A stretch of DNA of 58,911 bases, counting the filler, from Jimgerdemannia flammicorona (lineage: Eukaryota), in NCBI GenBank assembly GCA_003990765.1. It is 3 parts of 3 records of this genome, joined end to end, with 100 filler letters (N's around TTAATTAATTAA, not from the genome) between each part and the next. Parts side by side here need not be neighbours in the genome. Positions count along the whole stretch, not along the records: positions 1 to 19,575 come from RBNJ01001906.1; 2 more parts are not named here. One strand, written 5' to 3'. How positions within the stretch are numbered: position 1 is the stretch's first letter; every line of letters begins with the position of its first letter. Positions 1-11,789 of the stretch are shown here, piece by piece. The notes under the pieces are model-generated. The model ran no database searches and was not told where the DNA came from. It worked only from the letters and a program-made list of their open reading frames with translations. Position numbers and translations under genes: made by a program.

Positions 1-272
1 CACTCGCTATACCACCTGGGCATTATGGACAATTGGCCTCAAGATCCTCATTGGCAACCAAAGGAGTCACAGTAGAAGGAGGAGTCATCGATCAGGACTA
101 CTGAGGTCCCTTGAAGGTCATTATCCACAATTCTAGTAGAACCAGCTGATTCTTCAGTCCTATGGAAGCCATCTGCCAAATCCTGTTTATCAAGACATCA
201 CAGCCAACCATCCAAGAGGTAGACCAACTAGAAGATACCAACAGAGGACAAGGAGGCTTTGGAAGCACCAAT
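1..272 (+). pseudogene. dut: dUTPase domain, C-terminal part (element A)
   Basis: Translates LASRSSLATKGVTVEGGVIDQDY*GPL...EAICQIL...RGQGGFGSTN, matching trimeric dUTPase motifs 2-5. One TGA, probably from CGA. Confidence 0.92.
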
Positions 273-640
273 AGAAATCTACGGACACCACCTATCAAGA
301 TTCATTTGGCAACAGTTGCTCAATTCCGACAAATGAGACCCCACATCTGCCGCCCAATCCGAGCAAGAGAAGACATTCTCCTGCATCCCTACCAGAAAAA
401 AGGCCTAGATGTGCACCTACCAGTAGAAGCAAACAACTTGATATTCGCACCATCACTGGAGCTTCAAAAGGAATATCACATCCTCCTGGCTGAAGAATGA
501 ATTCATGACCAGATGTCACCAATCCACATCTCTATCAGAAACTTGGGCTTCAAAGTGATAACTATCTCCAAGAGAACAACACTGGGATATTTCGAACCAC
601 TGATAGACACCTACAAGGAAGAAGTCTTCGAATTCTTAGG

Positions 641-3600
641 AAATGGCAAGCCCTCTCCGGTGAGACTGACAGTACCAGGGAGGAAGACTCAGCAAATTCA
701 GCAATCAAAGCCATCGACATCAAGACAACTCTAACCAAGGACCAGCAACAACAAATACAGGAGTTGATAGAGGAGTACAAAGATATATTTAACACCACAT
801 ATGATAACTTCCCACCATATCAATACAGAGAACACCCTATACATACTGGAGATGTAAGATCAATCCGACAATGACCCTACCGAATACCACATCATCTGAT
901 TGAATTTGAACAATAACACATAGATGAAATGCTATGAAATGGAGTCATCAGACCATCATCAAGCCCCTGGGCTTCACCAGCAATCATAGTACCAAAGAAA
1001 GGAGGATGGAGATTAGTCGTGGATTTCAGAAAACTCAACAAAGTCACTACAGAAGATACCTACCTACTGCCAAGAATTGATGACCTCATCAATGCCCTCG
1101 GAAAAGCCAAATACATGACCACTACTGACCAGTTCCAAGGATTCCAAGTAATACCCATTGCCAAAGAAGATATCTGCAAGACAGCCTTCATCACCAGATG
1201 AGGAAAGTACAAATACCTACGAATGCCCTTTGGACTCTGCAATGCACCTGCCTCATTCCAATGAATGATGAACCATATCTACCAGGACCTCATTGGAAGA
1301 AATGTACTAGTGTACATAGATGATATAATCATCTACTCTGAGACATTCAAGCAGCATTTGCAAGACCTCCGTGAAGTATTCAATACTATTTGAAATTCAG
1401 GACTCAGACTCAATGCCAAGAAGTGCTTCTTCAGAAAACATCAAGTTAAATATCTGGGATATATTGTCTCAGCTCAAGGAACACATGCCGACCCCCGCAA
1501 GGTGGAGAAAGTCAAGAACTACCCAACCCCGACCTCAGCAAAGGAGACCCTATCCTTCCTTATGCTGGCATCCTACTATCGACGATTCATCCCAAGGTTT
1601 TCAGATAAGGCAGCACCTCTCTGAGATATCTCCAAGAAGGACCAACTATTCTACTGGAAAGAAGAACAACAAAAGTCATTTGACCTACTCAAGAAGGCCC
1701 TTACTGAAGCCCCTGTCCTGGTGCGACCAGACTTTGGCAAACCATTCATTCTGGCAACTGATGCCTCAGCCTTAGGACTTGGATCAATTCTGTCTCAGCA
1801 AGATGACCAGAAGAGGGAGCATGTTATCGAATATGCTAGCAAGGCCATGAATGAAACACAAGTGAACTATGGAGCCACTAAGTTGGAATGCCTAGCAGTA
1901 GTTTGGGCTATGGACCACTTCTGACACTATCTCTTAGGAAAGAGATTTGCCCTCATCACTGATCATCAAGCTCTACAATGGTTGTTCAACAAGCCGGAGC
2001 CCTCAGGAATCTTCACTAGATAGATCATGTCTCTGCAAGAATATCAGTTCACTATTGTCTACAAGAAAGGTGCTAAGAATTCCAATGTCGATACCCTGTC
2101 AAGAATCCCACGAAACCAACAAGAAGGGAAGGAGCCCCCATAAGAGAAGGCTACTTCCCGCTCACCCAAATGAACCAAGAATTGCACCTTGCCCTCACCT
2201 GGAGTCTGTACCATAGAAGCTTCAAGAAAGGAATCCAACCAGCCCACAAGTTGTTTATCCAAAGGAATTTCAAGAAATTCCAAGAAGGCGATGGCGAACT
2301 TTAGAGAGTAGAAGGAGAGCAGTACACTCGAGTTCCAAGAGAAGAAGAAATATTGAAGATCCTGACAACAAATCATGACCAAAATGCACACCGAGGAATT
2401 GGTGCCACAATTGCAAGAATCAAGAAGCGATACTGGTGGCCCAAGATGAGAAAACAAATTTCAACCCACATTCAACAATGTGATACCTGCCAAAGATACC
2501 GACAAAAGCCTACCGACAGAGCACCATTAATACCGATTGCAGCACCAGCTGGAGCCTTTCAAAGACTGGGAATAGACATTATTGAACCCCTACCAGTAAC
2601 CAGCCAAGGAAAACGCTACATCCTCACTATCGATGACCATCTGACAAAATGGCCCGAAGCCTTTGCCATCGAGACTGCCAATGCCCAGACAATTATTGGG
2701 ATCCTGTATGATGAAATTTTCAACCACCATAGTGTACCCAAGGAAATCATTATAGACCAAGGCCGAGAATTCGTCAACCAAGCCATGAAGACCTTTGCAA
2801 GCAACTTCAAGATCAAGCTATGACCAACAACAGCCTACCACCCACAGGCAAATGGACTCACTGAATGAATGAACCAGATCATCAAGCGAGGTCTCAGTAG
2901 AACCAGAGATCAACTAAACTGGGATATCTATCTATCGGCAATTCTGTTCAGCATCCGTACCTCTAAGGCAACTGCTACCCAACAGACCCCCTTCTATTTG
3001 GTGTATGGCCGAGAAGTACAAGATCCTACTGAACCAGTCCAGCTAGATCTGTCAAAATGAGTCACAGAAGAGATCACCCGGTTACACGATATATGCCAGC
3101 AAGCACGAGGATTTATCGCCAAGGCACAAGAACGCCAAAAGAGGTACTATGACTGTAAAGCCGACCTCGAACCTCTGCTCATTGGACAAAAGGTTCTGGT
3201 GTACCATACTATCATAGAAGAAAATTAGAGTGCCAAGCTTGAACCAAAATAGGAAGGCCCCTATCTCATACACCAAGTATTCTCAAACCACACTTATCAA
3301 CTCAAGACCTTGGATGGAGTTATACTCAAAACCAAGATACATCGCAACCACATAAGACTCTATTACTCAAGAGAAGCAAAATGCATTTGAACAATCCTGT
3401 TCACTCTGTCTGTGTCATCTCCACTGGAGATATATCGGACGTTTCACTCAGAACTCAAGAAAGCCAACAACGTTGGAACCAGACTCAAGCCCATCCATAT
3501 GACAGACATTGTTACTAAGAAATTGCCTCAGATTACAAGTAATACTATTTCCGATGGGTTCGAACCCCCAGCCACGACTATGGAAGCCCTCGCCCTAGAC

Positions 3601-3654
3601 AAGGATGGCCAGTCCTCACAAATGTGCCAGCATTCCACTCGTCCCTGGAGTTAA
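641..3654 (+). pseudogene. pol: RT-RNase H-integrase (element A), disrupted by stop codons
   Basis: SPWASP, DFRKLN, MPFGL, YIDD, ATDASALGLGSILSQ, H..H..CDTC zinc finger, DQGREF, GPY motif. Confidence 0.95.
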
Positions 3655-3715
3655 GACCACCTAACTCTGTGTAACCCTCACTGCCGAGGACAGCTCTAAT
3701 TTTGCAAGGGGCAGA

Positions 3716-6162
3716 TGTGATGTACACAATTGACAATAGAGTACCAGTGACTGCTAAGATCAGATGACATAATGGCATGACAATCAAACAGACAGCCTGA
3801 CCCATTAGGTGATCATCCCAAAAGAAGACAAGATGATCTGAGCCAAAATGAAGACCATGTTATTTAAGGAACCATACTCCGCCTCAAGGATCAGCACCAA
3901 AGAACCAAGTACCCACCACACAATGCCTCCCATTCGCCGAACCAACCAGACCTCCTGCCGCTCTACCCCTTTGCCTGGCCCAAAGACCCTGATCTTTGAA
4001 GCTATCAAGAAAGCCATCTGGCGCCCAGATACTTCTGAACACTTGAACTTCTATACTGAGGACCTTGGACACTTCATCAACTATCGATACATAATGACCC
4101 AACAGCTCAAAGACACTACCGAACGAATGACCCTCTGGCATGACTATGAAATCGGACACCGCCTTCACAATGAGACTCAAGAAGGTGACCAGGAAGACCT
4201 CATTGCCGAAATGTTAACCACCAGCTGGCTAATCAAGAGAGCCCTCTGTGTCTATTAAATCTTCTGCCATATTCCCTGGGCTATAGTACACTTGCAAGGA
4301 GTAACAGCTGGCAGCCTCTCCCACCTTTCAACTGAAGATGCTAACTGGATAGAATCTGAAGTAGCCAACACTATTGGTAGCAACTGCATCGCCATAGGAA
4401 GCCAATAAACCAAACCTACTCAGCCAGGTTTCCACACTACCCCACTCCGAGACAACCATCAAGGTCACCTAATGAGTCTTATAGAGATATTTGAAGGACC
4501 GCCCATTACTATAGAAGCACCCATTGGAGCTACTCCAACCACCCACTATCTTGTCAGCCACAATTCACATCTCATCATTTGGGAACTGAATCAAGAAGAA
4601 GCTCAAGAAGTTCCTGTCTTTAAGGAGGAGGCCCAAGAACTCCAAGGCCCTGCCCCTGAAGAAACCCCCTCTGATACTGAAACTAACGAGTCTTCAGAAG
4701 AAGAAGAGGAGTAACAGAGAGTCTACCAGTCCTCTGTCCACATTCAAGCTATTCAAGGGTTGGAGAATGTTGTTGAAGATGACTGACCACTTTTCTACCC
4801 CCTCATCTCTTGGCTGGTGCTTCCCCCCTTTGAGGAGAGATATGATGAAGAAGAAATCACAACCCAGCAAGATTTGCCCACCATGGACAAAGGGTACTAT
4901 TTTCTCTAGAGTACCGCCCATCAGCCGTGAGAACCCAGCTTTTGTCAGCAAGTCCATTTCCAGTGTTGCTACCCAGTACCACCATTTTCAGCATTTTGTC
5001 AGCAGGTCTGAATTCAGCATTGCCACCCTCCACAACCATTTCTGGCAACAATCATCATATCATGTCAGCTCATCCAAATCCAGCATTGCTACCCAGTACC
5101 ACCATTTTCAGCATTTTGTCAGCAGGTCCGAATCCAGCATTGCTATCCCCTACAACCCAATCCATAGTAAACAATAGCCTGCACCTCGCATTGTGCAAAC
5201 CAATAGCATAAGTTCGCCACAACGTAGTATACCTTAGCCTTAGTCGCGCCCCCTCCCCCCCATAGCTAGCAAACTTGTATAAATAACCCATATCCTTGGA
5301 GTGAATAAAGCCTCAGTCAGACAGTTTTACAGAGAAAACACACTGCCTCCAAGAGACCAGATAAATTCTGAGAACAAGATAACAACCTAGAGCAACGGAT
5401 TGCTCAGAAGTTTGAGTTAAAGAATTTTCTCTTGCCACGGAAAGAAAGAAAACATTACCCGACTGCTGCCATTCGAGACCCGAGACCCAGCCAAGGATTA
5501 AAGAACCCAAGGAACCCAAGTTACCCAGCCAAAGATTCAAGACCCAGAAACCCAAGGAGACCCAGCCAAGGATTCTAGACCATGACTGCCATGCATTCAG
5601 ACTGCCATTTGGACCTCCCCGCATTCAGACCACCATTCGGACCTCTGCGCATTCAACCGCCATTCGAGATTCAAGACCCGGAAAACCAAGGAACCCAAGG
5701 ATACCCAGTCAAACAAGACCGCAGCCTAAGACCTGCCAAGATACTCGAACGACTGCCAAAGACCCAAGTTATCCTGCTGTTTCAAGCTAAACAAGATGGA
5801 CAAGCAAGTCATCGACCGATTCCCGACCTACTGCACCATGAACCGCTTAAAGTCAAGACCATCGCCCACTTTAATTGACCGCATAAAGAGCAAGCCCATC
5901 ATCACCGCATAAATTCAAGTTTGCCGCTAAGTTAGCCGCTGCCAGGAAACTTAGCCAGCATAATCGCCGCCCTTATCCACTAAACAATTGAGCCATCATC
6001 GAACAAACTCCTGCTATCAATTACCGCACGAATCGAATGAGTCAATCATATGATCAACGACCTGCAAACATCACCAATGCATTCAGTTATCCATCACATG
6101 CTTCACCAGTGGCACACATTGAGCCGCGCAGTCGAAGTTCATTATACATAACCAATGCCACA
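3716..6162 (+). repeat. 3' LTR of element A (~2447 bp)
   Basis: Starts TGTGATGTACAC immediately after the PPT, the same start as the B LTRs at 26555 and 36564. Ends CCACA. TATAAATA at 5278-5285, AATAAA at 5304-5309. Confidence 0.88.
3923..4909 (+). pseudogene. LTR(U3)-encoded accessory ORF, ~328 codons, unknown function
   Basis: One reading frame from MPPIRRTNQTS to KGYYFL*, broken only by point-mutation stops. Homologous to the ORFs in the B and C LTRs. Acidic C-terminus. Confidence 0.85.
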
Positions 6163-7880
6163 ATATATATATATATCTTTCTATTATTAAAAAGTAAAGC
6201 TTTGGACAAATTCAAAGAATTTAAAGCAATTATCAAGAATGAGACAGTATATAGAGTATATATTATATATTTAGAAATAGATATAAATATATTAATAGTA
6301 TATTTAAATTATTTTTAAAAAAAACACAGTATATGCTATCAAATGATAGCTTCCTATATACTCTTACAGAATAATATAACCAAGTAATTTAACTATATAA
6401 CTATAGAAATAATATCTATAATAATTAATATAGCTAGATTATTATATTTTTACTAAGCTGAAGCTATTAATATAGTAATATACATCTGTAATTAATCTAT
6501 TTCTCAGGCTCTAAATAAGGAATCTGGTAATAACAATAAGTAATTCAGAGATAATGATCTTATCTTAGAAGAATTTTAGAGTAAAATAAAGTCTGATATA
6601 TTCCATCTATATATTTAAATATATTATAAAGAGAGGTATTTTTATTCAAATTGTATAGATTATATATTTCACACATTATGATAAATAATATAAAACTAAT
6701 AGAATAGTATAAGTTATATACTAATATATTGAGTTGTTGTCCCAACACTCTCACTCAACAAGATATATAACTCAAAAAGAATACAAACTAGAGTAAAAAG
6801 TAATATAATATATATAAAAACTAAAACTATATATGTATAACCCTATATTTAAGAGATTTTTATAGGTTAAAAACTATTCTGAAATATATCTAAAATATCT
6901 AAAAAATAATATAAATAATTTATATAATCCACTCATAGATAAGGAATATAATTAATATAGATATAAAATGTATTATATAGTAAGAGAGGCTTTTTATAGT
7001 TTGAAAAATATCTCAAAATTATCTGAATATTAGTATATTGCTTATAAGATCCATTCAATTAATATATTGTTCAAACTTCAGCTTTGAAAGGGCTTTTATA
7101 AGTAAATTAGCAATTATATACTCTATAGAGATGTATTCTAAATATATAATATTGTTTTCTATACATTCTTATATAAAATGATATTATATATTGATATATT
7201 TTATTCTATTATGATATATTAGATTCTTGGTAAGTACAATAATAGACTGGTTATTCTGGCATAGTATAGTACTCTATTTTTGAGTAAATTTAAGTTCTTT
7301 TAACAGTTTACAGAGCCAAATGGCTTCTTTTATTACTAATGATAATATCTGGTACTTTGTTTATATTAATGATATTGCTATAGATAATTGCTTATGTATT
7401 TATTATAAGATGACTTCTTTGTAATTTTTGCCAATATAGAAGAGATATCTAGTTATAGATTGGTAGTCATCTAGATTACCTACCCAATTGATATCATATA
7501 TATCAAATAGTTAGATATTATTTCTCTTATTATTGCTTCTACTTAATCTAATATTACTACTATCTAATATAAGCATATAGTATACTGATCTCTTTAAGTA
7601 TTTAAAAACTCTCTTGATGATACTCTAATATAAATTATTATAGTAAGAGAAATACTACATTATCTTATTCATAGTATATGATATATCAGACCTTATTTCT
7701 AGTATAAGATATATAAGAGAACCAACTACTTGGCAATATAGAATATTATTATCTTTAGTACTATTCTTGGTAAGTATATTGTCATCATCCTCAAAAATAG
7801 TATTCAGTTTCTTAACTTTACAAAAATATCTATAGAAGTGCCAACAGACTTGTATTTATTCATATTAAAATATTTGAGAA
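6163..7880 (+). mobile_element. Heavily decayed Ty1/Copia pol relic (integrase core, RT), target of the element A insertion
   Basis: LLKSKALDKFKEFKAIIKNET; KHSICYQMIASYILLQNNITK*FN (resembles GI.HQ.TAPYTP.QNGVAERFN); FY*AEAINIVIYICN*S (resembles FWAEAVNTAVYIRNRS). Right boundary approximate. Confidence 0.8.
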
Positions 7881-8043
7881 TTGTTTGAGTATATATCACT
7901 TATGAGAGATTTATTTTTGTAATGATAACTTTATATATCAATATATGACTTATATCATTCAATCAGATATATATCATTTATCAGTAATATATAAAATATA
8001 TAATCTATATAACTTTAATAAAGTATCTCTCTTTTGGTACAAA

Positions 8044-9807
8044 GGTTATAAGCTCTGCTAGTGCTAAGCAGTAATAGCATATAAATATATTACTTTAAAA
8101 TATACTATGTTAGAAATATCTGATAAATAGCCTAGTAATATATACATATAAGTATACATAGAAATGAATATATCAATCATAAGTATTCCTACAGGTATAA
8201 TCACAATAATAACTATAATAGGTATGAGAAATACAGTCTCAGTTATATATATAAATATAGCCAAGAGGTCCATCCTAATCTTTGATGAGAAAGATTATAT
8301 AATCTGGATATTTTATATAATAAATCTCCTTAATGAATATAGCTTGGTGGAGTATATAAAGCCATAAGTATTGATTTAAGATTATAATAATACAAATAAC
8401 TATTGAATATTACATATGTAAGATCACATTCATACTATCCAACTTCCAAATGAAGCTTATAATATATATAGCAACTGCTCATGAGGTTTAGAAAACTCTA
8501 CATAATCATCATATATAAATATTTATGTTAAATTGATTCTATCTGAAATCTCAGCTATTCAATCTATGAATGAAGTTAAAGGAGACTATCCATAAATATG
8601 TCAGTCACATTAAATCAGGTGAATTTACTAAACATATCAGTATAATATATAAGTGACAAAAATAAGATCTTAGCTCTTATATATAAAGAATATCTCTAAG
8701 GAGTAATATTTATATCATAGTAGTATTTATATAAAAGAGCAGTAAACTTACAGATTATACTTATATCATAATGAGCTTCATGAATGAGGAAATATATCAA
8801 GGAAGTAGTATTATCAATAATAATGAAAATACATTCTATAGGTCATGCAGATATAGTGCCAAATAAGGTCAAAAGTATAGACAATAAGATTAATGAATCT
8901 AAACCCAAAATCAATATAATAGTAACCAATCAACCAAGTATGATAGTTACTTTAAATACTGCAGCAAGTATGGATATAGAAAGTATAACTGTTATTACTA
9001 AGAAAAAATAAAGAGAGTAGTGAAAATAAGTAATAATATAGAAGCAAGTATTGGTAATATAGAGATAGCAAAAAGAGTTATCATAGTAAAGAAAAATATA
9101 ACAATACTAATACTATCAAAACTAATAAAAACCGTAGTACATATATTCTTCATGTAAGCAATACATATAGATAACTATATTTCTACCATCAGATCTGTCA
9201 GTATGAGATCTACATATATGAGCAGTTCTACTACCAAATTCACCAAATTCAGCAATCCATCATTTATAAATTCTGGTCAACAATCAAATACTTTTCACTT
9301 GATAAAAAGTAGTAATAATATGAATACCACTAGCAGTAAAAATACCAACAGAGTGAGTAATCCTAGCTATATATCTAGTAGTAAATATACTACAAATATA
9401 GCTGATGACAATGATGTCTAGCTAATGAATTCTGGAGCTATGTAATATACATATGATACTATACAGAAAATAATTCTCTATATATGAGTCTTTTGAATAT
9501 CCTGTACTTATCAAATTAGGAGATAACAATATTATTTATGCTCAAAAAAAGGGAAATGTAGAGATATATCTCTATAGTAATGTTACAGAATTAGCTGGCA
9601 CTTTCCTAGACATACTATATACTTTAGAAATTAGTAAGAACCTTTTTTTGATGAGAAAAATAATATCTAACAGTAATAAAGAAATACATATATATGTAAA
9701 GAGTGCAATCATATATGATTTATATAATAATGAGCTAATGACAGTCTCAAAATATAGCAATCTTTATACAATTAACAAGATGCTAAATAGTGTAAAAGTC
9801 TCTATAT
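8044..9807 (+). mobile_element. Decayed Ty1/Copia gag-protease relic, cut by element C
   Basis: PBS-like GGTTATAAGCTC at 8044 (resembles fungal Copia GGTTATGAGCCC); *LMNSGAM (resembles WLMDSGAT) at ~9420; IKLGDNNIIYAQKKGNVEI and DILYTLEISKNLF (Copia pol beta-barrel domain). Confidence 0.75.
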
Positions 9808-11406
9808 TGTTGCGTAGTAGTTGCTGAGTCTTTTAAATATGCCAGATTCTCTTCAAGGTATATCTCTTAGACTAACTCAAGCTTGTTATAAGTAAGTTCT
9901 TATTGGAGTGCCTTCCTAAGGTCTTATAGTCCTCAAACTTCTTATCTTTAAACTGTCTTGTTATCTCTTAGATTTCTTATAAGGAAGTGTGTGTATTATA
10001 CTGAGAAGACTGACTTTATTTCAGAGGAAATAAGAAGGGTATTTATACAAAATATATTTCAATGGTTGCTAAGATATAAAGCTAAATATAAATTTCAATA
10101 ACTAAAATAAAATACCAGGACAGAAAAAACTGCTAAGTTCCAGGGTTGGCACTGATGGTTGTACAGGTTCAGAATGCTGGTATAATTCAGTGTTACATCA
10201 AAATGCCAGTACTGGCATTATTCAGTATTACATCAAAATGCTGGTACTGGTATTATTCAGTATTATATCAAAATGCTGGTGCTGACATTATTCAGTGTAA
10301 CCAAGGGACTTAGAGCAGAATGTTCAAGACTATAGAGGCTTCATCACCAGAGGTCAGAATGTCTTCAAAGGAGATGAGGTCCACAAATGTCTCATTTATC
10401 TCATCATTGTTATTGTGTAGATTGTGTATCTCGTGTATGTCACATATTTCATGTACTTCGATATCATGTGGGATGATATCATTGCCAATGATATTATCAC
10501 ATTTGATGGTGAGAAGGAGGTCTGGAGCTCTCCAGTCTATAAGGTTCTCTTCTACAAAATAGAGAACAAATGTTGGGTCTTGGGGAGATCTAATCTAGAT
10601 GCTTGGGCTTTAGAATACTGAGATCAACCCTTGCAGGAATTGGTCTGAGTTGTCCTGGAGAATAGGATACCAGAAGTCTTCTACTTTATCACTATTGAGA
10701 GTGATAGTGGACTGGGCTTCTGTAGCCACTCTGGCTTCTAGTGTATTGATATAGTGGGATGACAGATCTCTGAAATCTGAGACTCTAACATACTCCAAGT
10801 TGGGGATCAACCATAGTGCATGCCTGAAGATCTGATAGATCTTCTTAGCTGTCCTTGTTTTACATATATCCATGAGAGTGGCATCTTGTAGCTCTTGAGT
10901 GCTGGTCTGTGGGAACTCCTGGTAGAGGAGGTTTCCTATTTCATATTTCTGCCACATTTGGAGGCATTCAGTAGCAATGGTAATCCTGGTTTCCATTTCA
11001 CAGTGGTAGAGGATATAGTGATAAGGGTTACCTGTACCCAGGTTGATACTAGGAGTTCTACTTGAGTGGGTTCTCATAGCTCTTCTGATGTCTTGGAATA
11101 TTCTTTCTTCAACTAAGGTATCTTGGTGGTTCCTTGACCTTGAGGTTTGGTGGGCAGCAGGAATTTCAATTATAGTGAGTCTTTGAGCTATTTTGGGATT
11201 AGTGGGTCTTATTGGTTGCTGTTACTGCAGTTCTTTGATTCTTCTTTTATATTCCTCAAGATGCTTGTACTGTGGTCACAATGACTCACAGTTGGTCATA
11301 ATTGCTCATCTCATATGCCATATAATCTTCTTGTGCTCTGATCTAGTGGCTTATAAGGAAAGACTGTCTCATATGCTGATGTCATCATTCTGGAGTCACT
11401 GTTACA
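9808..11406 (-). repeat. 3' LTR of element C (1599 bp)
   Basis: Direct repeat of 17092-18690, preceded on the minus strand by PPT AGAAGGAAGA. Confidence 0.93.
10310..11164 (-). pseudogene. LTR-encoded accessory ORF (C, 3' LTR copy; start codon mutated)
   Basis: Includes ORF-track entry 10610-11077 (…MWQKYEIGNLL…KKIYQIFRH…). Colinear with 17594-18448. Confidence 0.85.
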
Positions 11407-11789
11407 TCTTCCTTCTGAATAAGGATCTTCTTGAGCATTCTTATTCATTGGTCCAGCTCTGAAAAATTTGCTGATCCCATAACCTCTGGCAAGGGGATGA
11501 AAAGTGGTGTTTATGGGCTGGTATCTTTCCTTTGTATTTTGGCATAATGGTGAAGGGTCACTCCCTTCATATAGAGCAAGGGCCTGATTCTGATCTTGAC
11601 CAATCAGTTGATGATTCGAACTTCTCTGGCTTCAAAAGTCTCATGGATGAGTAGTTGCTAGTGTCATATCTCTTAGAGAATGGTCCAGACAGATAGTCTG
11701 CTAGTCACAAGATATGCTGTTATGATTCACAGACTAGAATCTCATGGGCAGTCATCACATTTTGCTTCTCTTATATAGGTTCATGGTAC

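Larger units (their letters stand above)
1..6162 (+). mobile_element. Ty3/Gypsy LTR retrotransposon copy A (dUTPase-bearing family A/B), 5' part outside window
   Basis: Domain order dUTPase-RT-RNaseH-IN, then PPT (AAGGGGCAGA, 3706-3715) and a TGTGA...CCACA LTR. Internal region is colinear and near-identical to element B from ~32849 onward. Confidence 0.95.

Noticed and set aside
3923..4909. LTR ORF as an env gene
   Set aside because: No signal peptide, transmembrane segment or clear cleavage site, and it lies inside the LTR rather than between pol and the PPT.
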